The position numbers were made by a program, and so were the translations under genes. The notes below the pieces were generated by a model that saw nothing but the letters and a program-made list of their open reading frames with translations, did not search any database and was not told where the DNA came from. Positions 25,055 through 36,836 of a DNA stretch of 64,000 nucleotides are shown here, one piece after another. How positions within the stretch are numbered: position 1 is the first letter of the stretch; each line of letters starts with the position of its first letter. This DNA is from Tubulanus polymorphus (Eukaryota > Animalia > Nemertea): positions 18,575,101 to 18,639,100 of the forward strand of contig NC_134025.1 of the NCBI RefSeq assembly GCF_964204645.1, in the 5' to 3' direction.

Positions 25055-27412
25055 TAAATTGACCATGGGCAAAGTGTGGTTTACCTTGAAAGCTAGAGGT
25101 TGTTTGGAGTAAGGGCATTGCTTGAAAAATCTTTTTAATTCTTGACTTCAAAGTTCTAGAAGTTTTTATTGCATTTTATCTTTCTTTAAGAATTATTTCG
25201 TAGTCAAATAAGAACGGAGATAAACATTTGTTTAAGGTCTACGTCAAAAATTTCGTAGGCGCGGCAGGGAAACTATTTATATTTTTAAAAAAATATTTTT
25301 CACAATATGGAAACATATTCAAATAAAATTCATATGATGTCACATATCAGAGGGTGGCTGAATATTGAGTCTTGGAAACGAAACTTCTTCTAAAGTATGG
25401 CCGCAGAAGCTAAAAACACCGGGGCGTAGTATTAGATCGTTTTAAATCCTCGAATTTACCACTACAATATTCAGACCTCGACCTATACCTATAGTTTGCT
25501 GCTTAGAATTTTCAGGTCACAAGAAAATACATACAAATTCTATCTAACAGAAAACACAGCGTTCATCTGCTACGACGATTATGCAGCCTGTTATTGTTTC
25601 GTGTCGTCCTCTATATCAATTAAATCAGTCAAAACGAGAGAGATTAATTCGAACACGTTTATTCTAAGCAACCACCATTTTATAAAGTAATTCTCAAGCG
25701 CCATCTGGCGGTACAAAATACAATTAGATATACATATTGTAACAGTTATCATCCCAAACGTGCACGCGCCCAGCATTACAGCATCACCATATAGTAGTTT
25801 GTATGAGCTTGTCTTTGTTTGTGCAACAGTCTAATGTTTAGCACTCCCACGCACGTGGAGGCCTTGTGTTGTGAACATTCGCTTCACTACAATCTCAATC
25901 AACACAATCACCGGGTATTAAAATGAAACAATACCTATGATATGTGAAATAATTATATTCTCACGAGCAATGAGCATTTAAAATTCGCACATATACGGCA
26001 CCTAGTCCAATGAAACGTTCGCCATTAATGGCTTTCCCATAATTATTTTAGTAGCGCCGGAATTCCCCGTATATCCCAAAAACAACCAATCACATTCGCT
26101 CGTAGAGACGACGCCCACCCGCCCCCCCCATCGAGGTCATTGCAATTTTATACAGACCTGCCAACTTCACAATTTTTTTGTAGTAACACAATACAATTTT
26201 GATAGTAGTTTTCTTATTTCAGTCAGTAGCAGGGCAAAATCAAACATTCTAGTGATAGTAGCAAATCATTGATTCTCAGTAGCAGCCGAAACGACCAGAT
26301 AATACCAAGAAAAACACGAAATAATGATAAAATTATGTTTGTATTTATTAAAAAATTGATTGTTAAACTCTCCTTTACAAAGAAATATACACACATTAGA
26401 TTTACGCATTATTGCTATTATTGCTATCAAAAAATACCTTTTAGATTTTTGAACATCTTTTTAAAGAGTCATGTAGCATGATCTGATACTGCAAAAGCTA
26501 TGTTGTGTTCGACCAAAAAATTAATAAACATCACCTTCGCCCTAGGGTTACCAATTCGTCTGCTGTTGGAGTATTTGATGTGAAATAGCGAGTGATTTTA
26601 GACGCTTTTGCCTTAGCTTCGTGACTTTTGCTTTCTTCACAATGTTTCCTGACATCTGTCAACCCACCGTGTGTAACAAGAAAATCAAGGTTACAGACAG
26701 TACACAGTGCATAACTATTTGATATTTGAGATGGAACAATGCACGGATACTTGAATGTATATTCTGCTCTGAATTTTTGATTGGCGACACGGGTTTTTTT
26801 ATTCTGTTGTTCGTTACTAGTCCCTTGTTTGGATTTTCTCTTCCTCGCAGTTACTTCACCTTCTTCCGATTTGCTTTCATCATCATCGGAATTCGATTCG
26901 TTTGCCGAAAAATCCAAATCAGACAACGATGCCGCCATGTTAACAGGTGAACACTAAATCCAACCTCCGACTATCACATTTCATGATCGCCATTGATAAC
27001 TGCGCATGCGCACAAACCAAAGACTACCGGTCTGTGGATAGGATTTAACAATGACAAAATTGATGTGAGCGTATTCGATTGGCATTCTAACGGAACACCG
27101 GAGTCAAATAAATTTGAGCGTATTCGATTGGCATTCTAACGGAACACCGGAGTGAAATTGATTATGGGCGTATTCGATTGACTCTTCGGCGGAGTACCGG
27201 AATGAGACCGATGCTCGAGCGTAGTTTTTTCACCACTCCCGTAGCACCGGAGTTCTACTGGTTTTACAGGTTCTACTGGTTTTAATCGCATCGATTATAC
27301 GTCGTTTAACCCAAGAACCAATGAAAGAAGTGCTCACATAAAAAACGTGCCGTGATTTTACATGAATTGGCTCAATGCCAACCTCATACCGCTGACAAAG
27401 GTAAACCAAAAA
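25055..27412 (+). mobile_element. Helentron-like non-autonomous element (family Y), near-complete, with hAT insertion
   Basis: 5' TAAATTG(A/C)CCATGGGCAAAGTGTGGTTTACCTT and 3' AAGGTAAACCAAAAAA; A-run flanks with no TSD; homologous to 1-568, 28404-28570 and 63441-63960. Confidence 0.7.
26153..27282 (-). mobile_element. hAT derivative with one TIR and a BED-finger exon
   Basis: CAGACCTGCCAAC at 26153; ORF 26938-26531 with CTVCNLDFLVTHGGLTDVRKHC..H; ~51-bp subterminal tandem repeats at 27067-27200; second TIR absent. Confidence 0.8.
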
Positions 27413-27895
27413 AGCGAAATTTCACACTCTGCATTAATAAAATTTAAGTATTAATTCGTTTGAAAAATCTTCGTCTGAACTCCCACCAACAAGTTATAAG
27501 TGGTGACAAGAAAATGACTTCATTGACTCACTACCATGTTATAACCTTCATGACAATAGCTTTGAGCGTAGTGCATTAAGCATACGAATGATAAGTCAAT
27601 CGGCCAGACCGCTGAAATAGGCTCGCTAACGCAGGCCAAAAACGGAGTAGTTTGAAAAATGCGGAATTAAGTAAAACTGTAAGGCAAACTGCTGGCGCAT
27701 CAACATTGTAAAATAGTCAGAACTAATTCAATACTCAATATTGAACTTAATATTGATTATTGATTACCGGTACTTTGTTGGCTGGCCTATTTTAAGTAAA
27801 AATATTCTCATTTTTTATTGATTGAGTTGGCCTACTTTTGAGTACCATTTCACCATAAGGTATTATATATTGTCATTTGCACTAGAACATTCATA

Positions 27896-28403
27896 ATGGA
27901 AAGTAATGAGAATATGTATCAGAAACTACTGGATGCCTATAGGGCAGCCCACAGAAGTAAACCAAAACAAATACAATTCTCACAAGCCCAAGCACTGCCG
28001 AATCAATTGAAATATGATAGACAGCTAGTTTTAGCCAAAATTGATGAACTAATGGCGATGTCCGTTAATTTCTGCCAAATTTGCCACGAGAAAAAAAATG
28101 GTCCGTAAATATAAAATCGTATCCCTAAAGCACAATTAACACCAAAATTTTGAGCAGAATTGTGATTTGATTTCTGAAATCCTAAATCTTGTTTTTGCAG
28201 ATTTAGAGGTCCAAGTGGAAGATGACATGGCACCTGCCCAAGTAGGAAGTAATGGACAGAACAACATAATAGGAGATGAATTAAATTCAGTAGAGAAAAA
28301 GATATCAACTCCTGCTCAAGATCGTGTAATAAGTAGGACCAATGATATAAATGCTAAACTGACTGTTTTAAGAGATTGTGGCATGATCCCACAAGAAACT
28401 AAA
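27896..28403 (+). pseudogene. Probable DNA-transposon protein N-terminal remnant (family unassigned), truncated by a family Y insertion
   Basis: Two coding-like blocks (YQKLLDAYRAAH.., STPAQDRVISRTNDIN..) with an acceptor-like TTTTTGCAG at 28200. Confidence 0.3.
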
Positions 28404-28570
28404 TAAATTGCCCATGGGCAAAGTGTGGTTTACCTTGAAAGCTAGAGGTTGTTTGGGGTAAGGGCATTGCTTGAAAAATCTTTCTAATTTGTGACTTCAA
28501 AGTTCTACAAGTTTAAATTTCTATTTTATCTTTCTTAAAGGATTATTTTGTAGTCTAAAGACCAAAGATA
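28404..28570 (+). mobile_element. Family Y 5' fragment
   Basis: Matches 25055-25225 and 63441-63600. Confidence 0.75.
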
Positions 28571-30406
28571 TACATATATGTTATTATTATATATATTACT
28601 ATATATATAGAACCGTTCGACTTTGTATTCAGTTTGATGCTTGGTCACTTGATTTTAGCGATAGTGACAATCTAAGCAGAAGTCCCCAGAAAATGGACGT
28701 ATCAGCCTCTGAGCCTGAGGCTCGAACTATTACGGCAATGTCTATAACATGAGGACCATAAGGTGCATATGGTCGAAGACAGTGTTTAAAATTGACTAAA
28801 TAGTAGTGAGTGGAAGCATGAGATATCAGTGTAATCAGTGAAACCAAATTAACGTTTCCAGGGTTTCTGTGAGGCTGCTTTTTTTTGCCGTTAAACAGAC
28901 ATTTTCCCGAGCCAAAAGTGGTCCTATTTCCTCAAATCCTAAAAAATTCCCTGAGGAATTGTGAAAATAAATCGATATTCGTTCTCTAAAAACATTATAG
29001 TGTTCTTATTTTGGTTTATTAGGGTTTTCTGTTACATCACAGAAAACCCTATTGAGATTCGCGTGTTTCTTATTATTATAATTTTGTCACACTATTTTAA
29101 CTAAAAGAACATAGGCTTTGTTACCTTGCCGCTATTGTCGATACAGTATATTGTATATCGTTGTTGTAGATCGTTCTGCTCACTGAGATCTACAAATACT
29201 CCGCGTGTTTTTTCACGAATCATCGTTACAAAAATTGAGCCCCATTCAATTGGGCAACATGTTTTTCGAGTCGTCATCCCGAAATCAACCCGCAGGCCGA
29301 ACTAATTTATTGCTGCAGACTTCACATTCAGCCGTGGTCTTCAAACAGTAATTTTAACAATAGCCCATTTTCCTCATCAAATCATATTACCGATACACAG
29401 GAAATTTACTACTTTAGATTTTAAAAGCACTGTTGAGCTGTAAACATCAACGAATCGATGTGTGTCACTACGTCGTCGTTCCGGGGATTGGCTGCGAGTT
29501 TCTCCTCATCATGAGAATCAAATCGAGTACAAATTAATTCATTACTACCAGTAATTTGGCTGTGGGTTTCAAGCAGTTAGTTTAACAATACCTATTTTTC
29601 TTTACCAAATTAACCGTGTATTTACTAAGATAAATCTTTAGTGTACCTGGAAGTCGTAGGCCTAAACTAAACACGCCAGAGATATAGCGGAGAAAAGCTG
29701 TTGTGTCGACGAGGTATCAAAATAAAAGAATATATTACTTTATTCAGCCACGGGCTTCAACCTCTATATCAATACCATCCATACTCTATATTTCGTACAG
29801 TTCATACCGATCATTGTCAAATGCACAAGGTATTTACTAAATACAAGTATATAACACACTCCTATCCGTATGCTGGACTCACACTTGACATTCGGAGTAA
29901 GCGTTCCCTGTGGGGGAAAGGAGATCGTTCGCTGTGTCACTTGAAGTGTTGATCGATTTTACGCGACCTTAAGGCTTTAGGCCTACCGGTACTGACCTTA
30001 ACGGTCTCAAACAAACAGTATAATTGTTGCGTTTATTAACGGACTCATTGGATTGAACATCAAAACAAAATTTACGATATTTAGGAGGGTTGTTATTCAT
30101 TAGGCCTACGACCATCTGTCCGGATGTGAGGACTACACATATACATAGGCCTACATAGCATTAACCTAGTAGAGGCTACTAGCCTAAGTTCACTGTAAAG
30201 GAGGAATCAGATTTATTAAAATGCATGTTAATTAGTGATTGACTGGTTCTGACTTGCAACGATCAATCACTATTATAAATTTTATTGCCAAAAATGAAGA
30301 TTTTTTTGAAAATTTCGTCTGAGCGACACAGCTTTATAAGCCAGACTTTTCATTCGATTTTTTCATTATAAATGAAACTGGTATTTCATTAGTGCCTAAT
30401 GACTTA

Positions 30407-30724
30407 AGCCGGGAGAAGGTCGGCCTTGTGACAGCTTGTGACTCACTACGATGCCATTCACTGCGACTGCCAGTGAGGATTGTGTCGCAACGACTCATCG
30501 ACCTACCCTCCCTTGCGACGGATTGCGACTGTCAGCAACGCCAGTCACGAGGAGTCGCACGTGTTCTACTTTCTGCGACGCTACACGACTGTCACAACCG
30601 ACCTACGCGCTCTTGCGACTGGCAAAAACTAGTCGCACACAGTCGCAAACAATCGTATAGCAACCGACTTGCACCGATACTTGCGAGGATTGCATCGCGT
30701 CACAAGGCCAACCTACGTCCAGCT
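30407..30724. mobile_element. PIF/Harbinger-type MITE
   Basis: TTA|AGCCGGGAGAAGGTCGGCCTTGTGAC ... GTCACAAGGCCAACCTACGTCCAGCT|TTA; internal TGCGAC repeats. Confidence 0.7.
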
Positions 30725-30887
30725 TTAAGTTACTGCGGAGCCCCAGAAATATCTTTTTTTTGTTCAAAAGACCTTTCGCTTGAAAATTCTTTTTTTGGAA
30801 CAAAATTAATTTCGTTCGAACCAACAATATTCTGTTCAATTAAACCAATTTGAAAAAATCGTTAGAACAAAGTTGAAGAAACTTTTT

Positions 30888-33800
30888 ATAATAATAATAA
30901 TAATTTATTTTCTTATAAAGCCCAAGTCTAAAACATAATCATTGTGCTTGACATTAAAAAGAAAACATACATAAAATAGGGACACATATAAAAAAATTTA
31001 CATATTAAGTGGAATACTTGACTAGAAGTTATGACAAATATGTTCGATTAAAAAGAAAAGTTATGAGACTAGTTTAAAAAGATTGAACAGTAGGACTAGT
31101 TTTAACGTGACCAGGAAGCCCATTCCATAATGCTGGCGCCGCACACCTAAAAGCCCTCTCACCAAATTTCCGATTTGACTTAGGTATGACTAGATTTTTG
31201 GTTACTGAATTGGATCTAAGTTGTCGTAATAGAGTATAAACAGTTAAAAAAGATTTTAAATACTGAGGGGCAGTATCATTAAGACATTTATAGACAGTTA
31301 AAAGAATTTTGAACTCTGCTCGACCAGCAATTGGCAGCCAATGTAGATCCATTAGAATAGTTTTAATATGTTCAAACTTTCTAGTTCTTGTTATAAGCCT
31401 TGCAGCATTATTTTGAATTAGTTGTAGGCGATTAACTAGTGTGTTATTGGATCCAACAAGTAATGAGTTTGCGTAGTCCAAACGAGATGTGACCAGAGAA
31501 TTTACAGCAGTTTTACATGATTTATCATCAAGTAGGTTATGTATCTTACCAATAGTATATAAGTGAAAATTCGCAGCTTTACATACATTACTAACATGGT
31601 CAACGAGTGACAAACAATCGTCAAATAAAACACCTAAATTACGAATACATTGAGATGGATAGATCTTTGCACCATCTATAGTAAGAAAAATATCATTAGG
31701 CAGAAGACTCTTAAAATGCGGAGTTCCAAGTATGATAAATTCTGTCTTTTCACCGTTAGCTTTGAGTTTGTTTATGGTTAGCCAATTGAAAATGACACTG
31801 ACTAGTTTATTTAACATATTGAGTGTACTTGAAATTTCAACAAAGCATTTAGGATTAACAAACTTATAAAGCTGTTGGTCATCAGCATATATATGATACA
31901 GAGTAGAAAGCTGACGGATAATCTCTCCAATAGGTAGTATATATAACGTAAAAAGTAGAGGCCCTAAGACGGAACCTTGTGGGATACCACATTTAAGTGG
32001 TTTACTTGAGGAGCTTGATCCCTCGACAACTACAGTTTGAGTATGGTTAACCAAATACGAACGAATCAAATTAAGTACATTGCCATCAAACCCAAAATCT
32101 GATCGAAGACGTTCAATAAGAATACCATGGTCTATTGTGTCAAAAGCTGCCGAGAGATCAAGCATAACCATAAAAACAACTTTGCCATCATCCATACCAG
32201 ATAAAATATCATTGGTGACTCTGAGTAGAGCCGTTTCAGCGCTATGATGTGCAAGGTAGGCAGACTGAAACGGTTCAAAAAGATTATGATTTTTAAGGTG
32301 ATCAATAATTCTAGAAGATATGACCTTCTCAATGACTTTGGACATGAAAGGAATATCAGATACCGGTCGGTAGTTCTTTAGAATTTGGTTATCAAGAGAT
32401 ACCTTTTTTAACACTGGATGAACAATTGCATGTTTAAGTTCATCTGGAAAAACACCAGATGTAATGCATTGGTTAACTATTCTAACAAATACACTAAGCA
32501 TACCAGATGTAGATAAGACTGATTTAAATAAGCCTGTAGGGACTGGATCCAACAAACAGGACTTAGGGGCCATTGACCCAATTATTAATTTACCTAGTTC
32601 GTGATCATCAGTTAAATTTAAATTACTCAATATTAAGGGATTACGTTCTTCAAGCGAAAATAGGGGATCACATTCAACTTTGTCAAGATCACAACGAATA
32701 CTTTCAATCTTCTCTGAGATGTAGAGAAATTTTCAGCTAATTCTACACTCTGACCAGTTGGCAGTTGCCTAGAATAATTATTCAAAAGGTCATTATTTAT
32801 GATTTTAAAGGTTTGTTTTACATCAGTCATTTTACTACAGTAGTATGCAGATTTAGCAGTTTTTTATCATATCGACGACTAAATTACGTTGGTGAATATA
32901 CATATCCTTATGAACTTGAAGACCAGTTTTCCGCCACTGGCGTTCCAGTTTCCGCCGCAATTGACGAGCGGTGTGAATATCTGCACAATACCATTTTGAT
33001 GTGCCTGAGCGTATCTTTCTCTTACGTGTTGTTAACGGCGCATATTTCTCTAACAGGCGAACACCACTGACATTATAGTCCTGGACCAACTTATTCACAC
33101 ATGTAACTGGCTCAACTAATGACGATGCCCATTCACGACCAAAGTCAAGTGTTTCAACAACTCGGAGATTCCTGAAAGTCTGGACAATAATAGGGTTAGG
33201 CGGTTTAGCTAGGTTCAGTTTAGAGAAAACACTATAATGTGGTGAAATAAGTGATTTTTCAACATCGATGTCGTACACAACATTATCCATTAGCCTAGAA
33301 ATCACAAGATCAAGAGTATGACTCTCTATGGGTAGGTCCTTTGACTAATTGTTCAAAACCATAGGCACAAATAATATCAAGAAACTTGCTAACATCAGGC
33401 TTCGTGGGTATATCAATGTGGACGTTAAAATCACCAACTACAACAATCGGCAATTTAAATGAACTAAGCACACTCAGACATAATTCAAATTCCTCAAGAA
33501 ATGTACCAACCGTGAAATGATTACTTTTCGACGGAGGTGGACGGTAGATGATAATGTAAACAACAGTATTCTGTCCAGATTTAACCTCTATCTGCATGAT
33601 TTCAAAAGTTTTATAAGGACCGCGTGGTTTTTGTTTTTCCACATGCACAGAAGTTTTAAAAACAACTCCAATTCCACCACCACGCTTTCCTGTTCCACGT
33701 GGGGAGCTAAAAATGTTGAAACCAGATTCAGACAGCTCAACCAAGGCACGCGAATCATAACATTGTCTTTAATCCATGCATGTTTCAGTGAGGAATATCA

Positions 33801-34360
33801 GGTCAGCATTCTTGTCAATAAAATATTCATTTAGTAAAGTTGCTTTGTTGACAACTGACTGCGAGTTCAATAGCAAAGTCTGAAGGCAGTGATTACTGTT
33901 TGTTGTGGTAATCGGAATATTGACCAGGTTATGCCTATTTATACCAGACTGACCTCTAAAGTAATTACTAGTAGCACGTTTCACTCTAACACCAGCTCTA
34001 CAGCCACGGGTTGTTGGTTTCTTATTGGCAATTCCAAGTTGACAAATAGACTTGTATTAACTAGCTGGTAATCTATCTGTGGTTCCAGTGAACGATTAAA
34101 ATCCAAGTCGGCTTGCAATATATGGAAATGTTAACCCTGCCATCTGTTATCACAACTCCAAACTAGAATTTACAGCTTAAAATCATCCACTTAAAGCTAG
34201 TCCCAGTGATAAAATCCACAATCTTGATAACATTAGATCCAGAGTTAATTAATGAACAATCCCAACATAAAATTCCAATCCAATGTCAAGTATTCCACAG
34301 TTACTATCAACTTTTAGCAGAGACAAATACAAGGTGCAGCTAACGTACAGCGCGACCTTG
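30888..34360 (-). mobile_element. L2-group LINE, near full-length ORF2 (APE + RT), (ATT)n tail
   Basis: RGCRAG leader, LLNSQSVVNK, LTET, YRPP, GDFNVH, GPTH; RT ORF 32630-31074; AATAAA plus (ATT)n at 30888-30911. Confidence 0.92.
31074..32630 (-). CDS. LINE reverse transcriptase (518-aa open segment of a frameshifted ORF2)
   Basis: NYRPVS, QSAY..HSAETAL, LDLSAAFDTIDH, GIPQGSVLGPLLF, YADD, SRLDYANSLL, LHWLP. Confidence 0.9.
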   Translation of the reverse strand: MSNLNLTDDHELGKLIIGSMAPKSCLLDPVPTGLFKSVLSTSGMLSVFVRIVNQCITSGVFPDELKHAIVHPVLKKVSLDNQILKNYRPVSDIPFMSKVIEKVISSRIIDHLKNHNLFEPFQSAYLAHHSAETALLRVTNDILSGMDDGKVVFMVMLDLSAAFDTIDHGILIERLRSDFGFDGNVLNLIRSYLVNHTQTVVVEGSSSSSKPLKCGIPQGSVLGPLLFTLYILPIGEIIRQLSTLYHIYADDQQLYKFVNPKCFVEISSTLNMLNKLVSVIFNWLTINKLKANGEKTEFIILGTPHFKSLLPNDIFLTIDGAKIYPSQCIRNLGVLFDDCLSLVDHVSNVCKAANFHLYTIGKIHNLLDDKSCKTAVNSLVTSRLDYANSLLVGSNNTLVNRLQLIQNNAARLITRTRKFEHIKTILMDLHWLPIAGRAEFKILLTVYKCLNDTAPQYLKSFLTVYTLLRQLRSNSVTKNLVIPKSNRKFGERAFRCAAPALWNGLPGHVKTSPTVQSF

Positions 34361-36241
34361 AAATAATTTTTTTTTGTCCAAACGAAAGGATTTTCGTTCG
34401 AACAGAATCATTTTAATTTGAACAGAATTTTCTTGTCAGAACATTAAGTTTTTCGTTCGAACAAGTATATTGTAAAAAGTTTTTTCTCCGAACCAAAAGT
34501 ATTAAGTATTTCGTTCAATCGAACAGAATTGTTTTCATTCAAACATTCGTTCGAAAAAAATTGTTTTCGCTCAACCAAATTTTTTTGCCAGGACAAAAAG
34601 TTTTTCATTTTAACAATAACATAGCTTTTAATTCGAACACATTTTTTTGTCAGAATGAAGAAAAGTTTTGGTTCAAACAAAAAGCGTATTGTTTGATCAA
34701 ACAGAATTGTTTTCATTCGAACAAGATTTTCTTGTCGGAACATTAAGTTTTTTGGTCAAACAGCATGTTAAGGTCGTTTTGGAAATTTACTCGGTCTGGT
34801 ATATTTTGGATTACTGTGTATGTCATTTGTCAGGACATAAAACAGAAGACGACTTAGGATACTACCTTGCGTGACTCCACTAGTTTGACCGACTCATTCC
34901 AAGATGAGGCGTTCCGTGGATTTCGGCTACAAGTTTTCGTTCAGAGATAATTTCTGAGCCATTTGAGCGACCTATCATTGATACTGTTTCCTAATAGCCG
35001 GTTTAGTAATGGCTGATGTTGTGCCTTATCAAATGCTTTGTCGAAATCCACCGTTGAACAGGATTCTAAGACTGTGCAGAAAACCCGTTATCGCTGCTTT
35101 GCAGCTATGTTTTCAATGTAACGATCTGTTTCAATAACAAAATGCGTGGCTGACGATGTAGTTTTAGTAATAGTGCATAGGTCATATCTACCCTCCCTAC
35201 AAAGCATAGTGTAATCGCCCAGACATCCTACCACCCTATTTTCCATATAGTCCACACCTTAGCCAATGAAACTGTGTTCTCTGTGTGTGTGATGCTTCAA
35301 TGAATGAAGTTCTTGTGACTGGCACTATTACATAGTGGAAGTTTTAATTAGGGCAAAGACCACATGATAACATAAGAATGCACTTAAAGAATGGCTTTCT
35401 TTAAGCTTAACGCCTAATGTGATCGTCTTGGCATGAATACACGCTTGTACGAGTCCATAAAAAAGAAAAGCCTTTTTCCAACTACAAATGTGGACTGATG
35501 GCACTAAGATAGTTGCTGATTGCGTGACAATTGACTGACCAAAAAACCTGTCCGATATGCTAAAGACCCCGAAATATACGCTTCATTAATTTCAATGAAA
35601 ATTGACAAACCATAAGGAAGCTACAGGTCTCAGAATTCAGGCTAGAAATGAATCTTTTCGGGCACACCTAAGGTCACAAGATGGACATAGTGTCTTTATC
35701 TACAGCCAGAGAGGATGAACAATGGCCAAAATTGAATTAAATCACTTTATAGGCTATGCCCAAAGGGGCTTAACGTATAAAACGTGTGAAAGATAGAATA
35801 AGAAAAATAATAAATTTCATTTATAGTTCACATGTTTTTTTTATTTTTTTCATTCAATTAAATGTAACAGGAATGTTTTTATAATGTAGGCCTATATGGA
35901 TGCACAAATCAAGATTATGCATGTGGAAATGCATAAAGATTAAATACAATCCAGTCAATGGTCAAATGCCCATTAATTCATAGTATCCAAGATTTACTTT
36001 CAAAAATGCTTCTCTATATATATGAAGACCTGACAGAAAAAAATTTGTCTTAGATCAAGAATTGAACAACGTGAATCATTCCACTTACATGGTGTGCTAC
36101 TTCAATATTAACTGACTACAGCTCCATACATATAGCTGTGTTCATACGATGATTTCAGTATGGTACTACGCGTTCACATGCTGAAATTATTTGAGGCCTA
36201 CTCATGGCTCATTCAGTTCTGTACTGAAATTTGCTTATTAA

Positions 36242-36836
36242 CCCTTAACCTGCCGGCAGCTTTAATGTTAAGTCCTGTGTGCCAGGTGATTTGTGTGTTA
36301 ATGAAATTATCTCATTAAATCCTCATAACTACCAAACTATTGTATATAGGGCATTGAAACTTCACAATGATGTAGTTTATAGTCATAGCCACGAGATAGT
36401 GCCGAAAAATTTAACTTGTGATTTTTGAAAGAGGAGGTCCACTGGGTGGGGTCATTTTTAGGGGTCAAGCGCAAAATGACCCCCTAGAAAGTCAGAATAC
36501 TCTCAATTTTGTGTTACATTGTCGATATTCATAAATTAAGACTCCGTAGATTACTATATCCATCGTTAAAACCTTTATTATGCTTCTTATTACATTAAAT
36601 GTTCGAATCTTCATTAAAATCCAAAAATATCGAATTTACGGGCCGTTTTTGAGGTCAAAATTCTTCAAAATATCAAAATGAAAAATAACTTCCAGGTTCG
36701 GATTCTCGAGTATTGGCAGTGCCGTGCGTTAAGAACTACGTCTCAACACGCTGCCAGGCGCCTGTGACATAAAAACAAACTTTAAACGCGAGATAGGTCG
36801 GGCTGTCGACTACAGTTGCCTACGGCAAGTTAAGGG
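36242..36836. mobile_element. piggyBac-type MITE
   Basis: TTAA|CCCTTAACCTGCCG ... CGGCAAGTTAAGGG|TTAA (13/14 TIR match). Confidence 0.88.

Larger units (their letters stand above)
29019..35112 (-). mobile_element. Helentron-like element (family X) hosting nested insertions
   Basis: Terminal hairpin AGGGTTTTCTG-N8-CAGAAAACCCT at 29020-29049; CAGAAAACCC subterminal motif repeated near 35080; segments recur inverted at 58515-59302. Confidence 0.6.

Noticed and set aside
30392-30853. 153-aa Cys/Arg-rich ORF
   Set aside because: It lies across a GC-rich Harbinger-type MITE; chance open frame.
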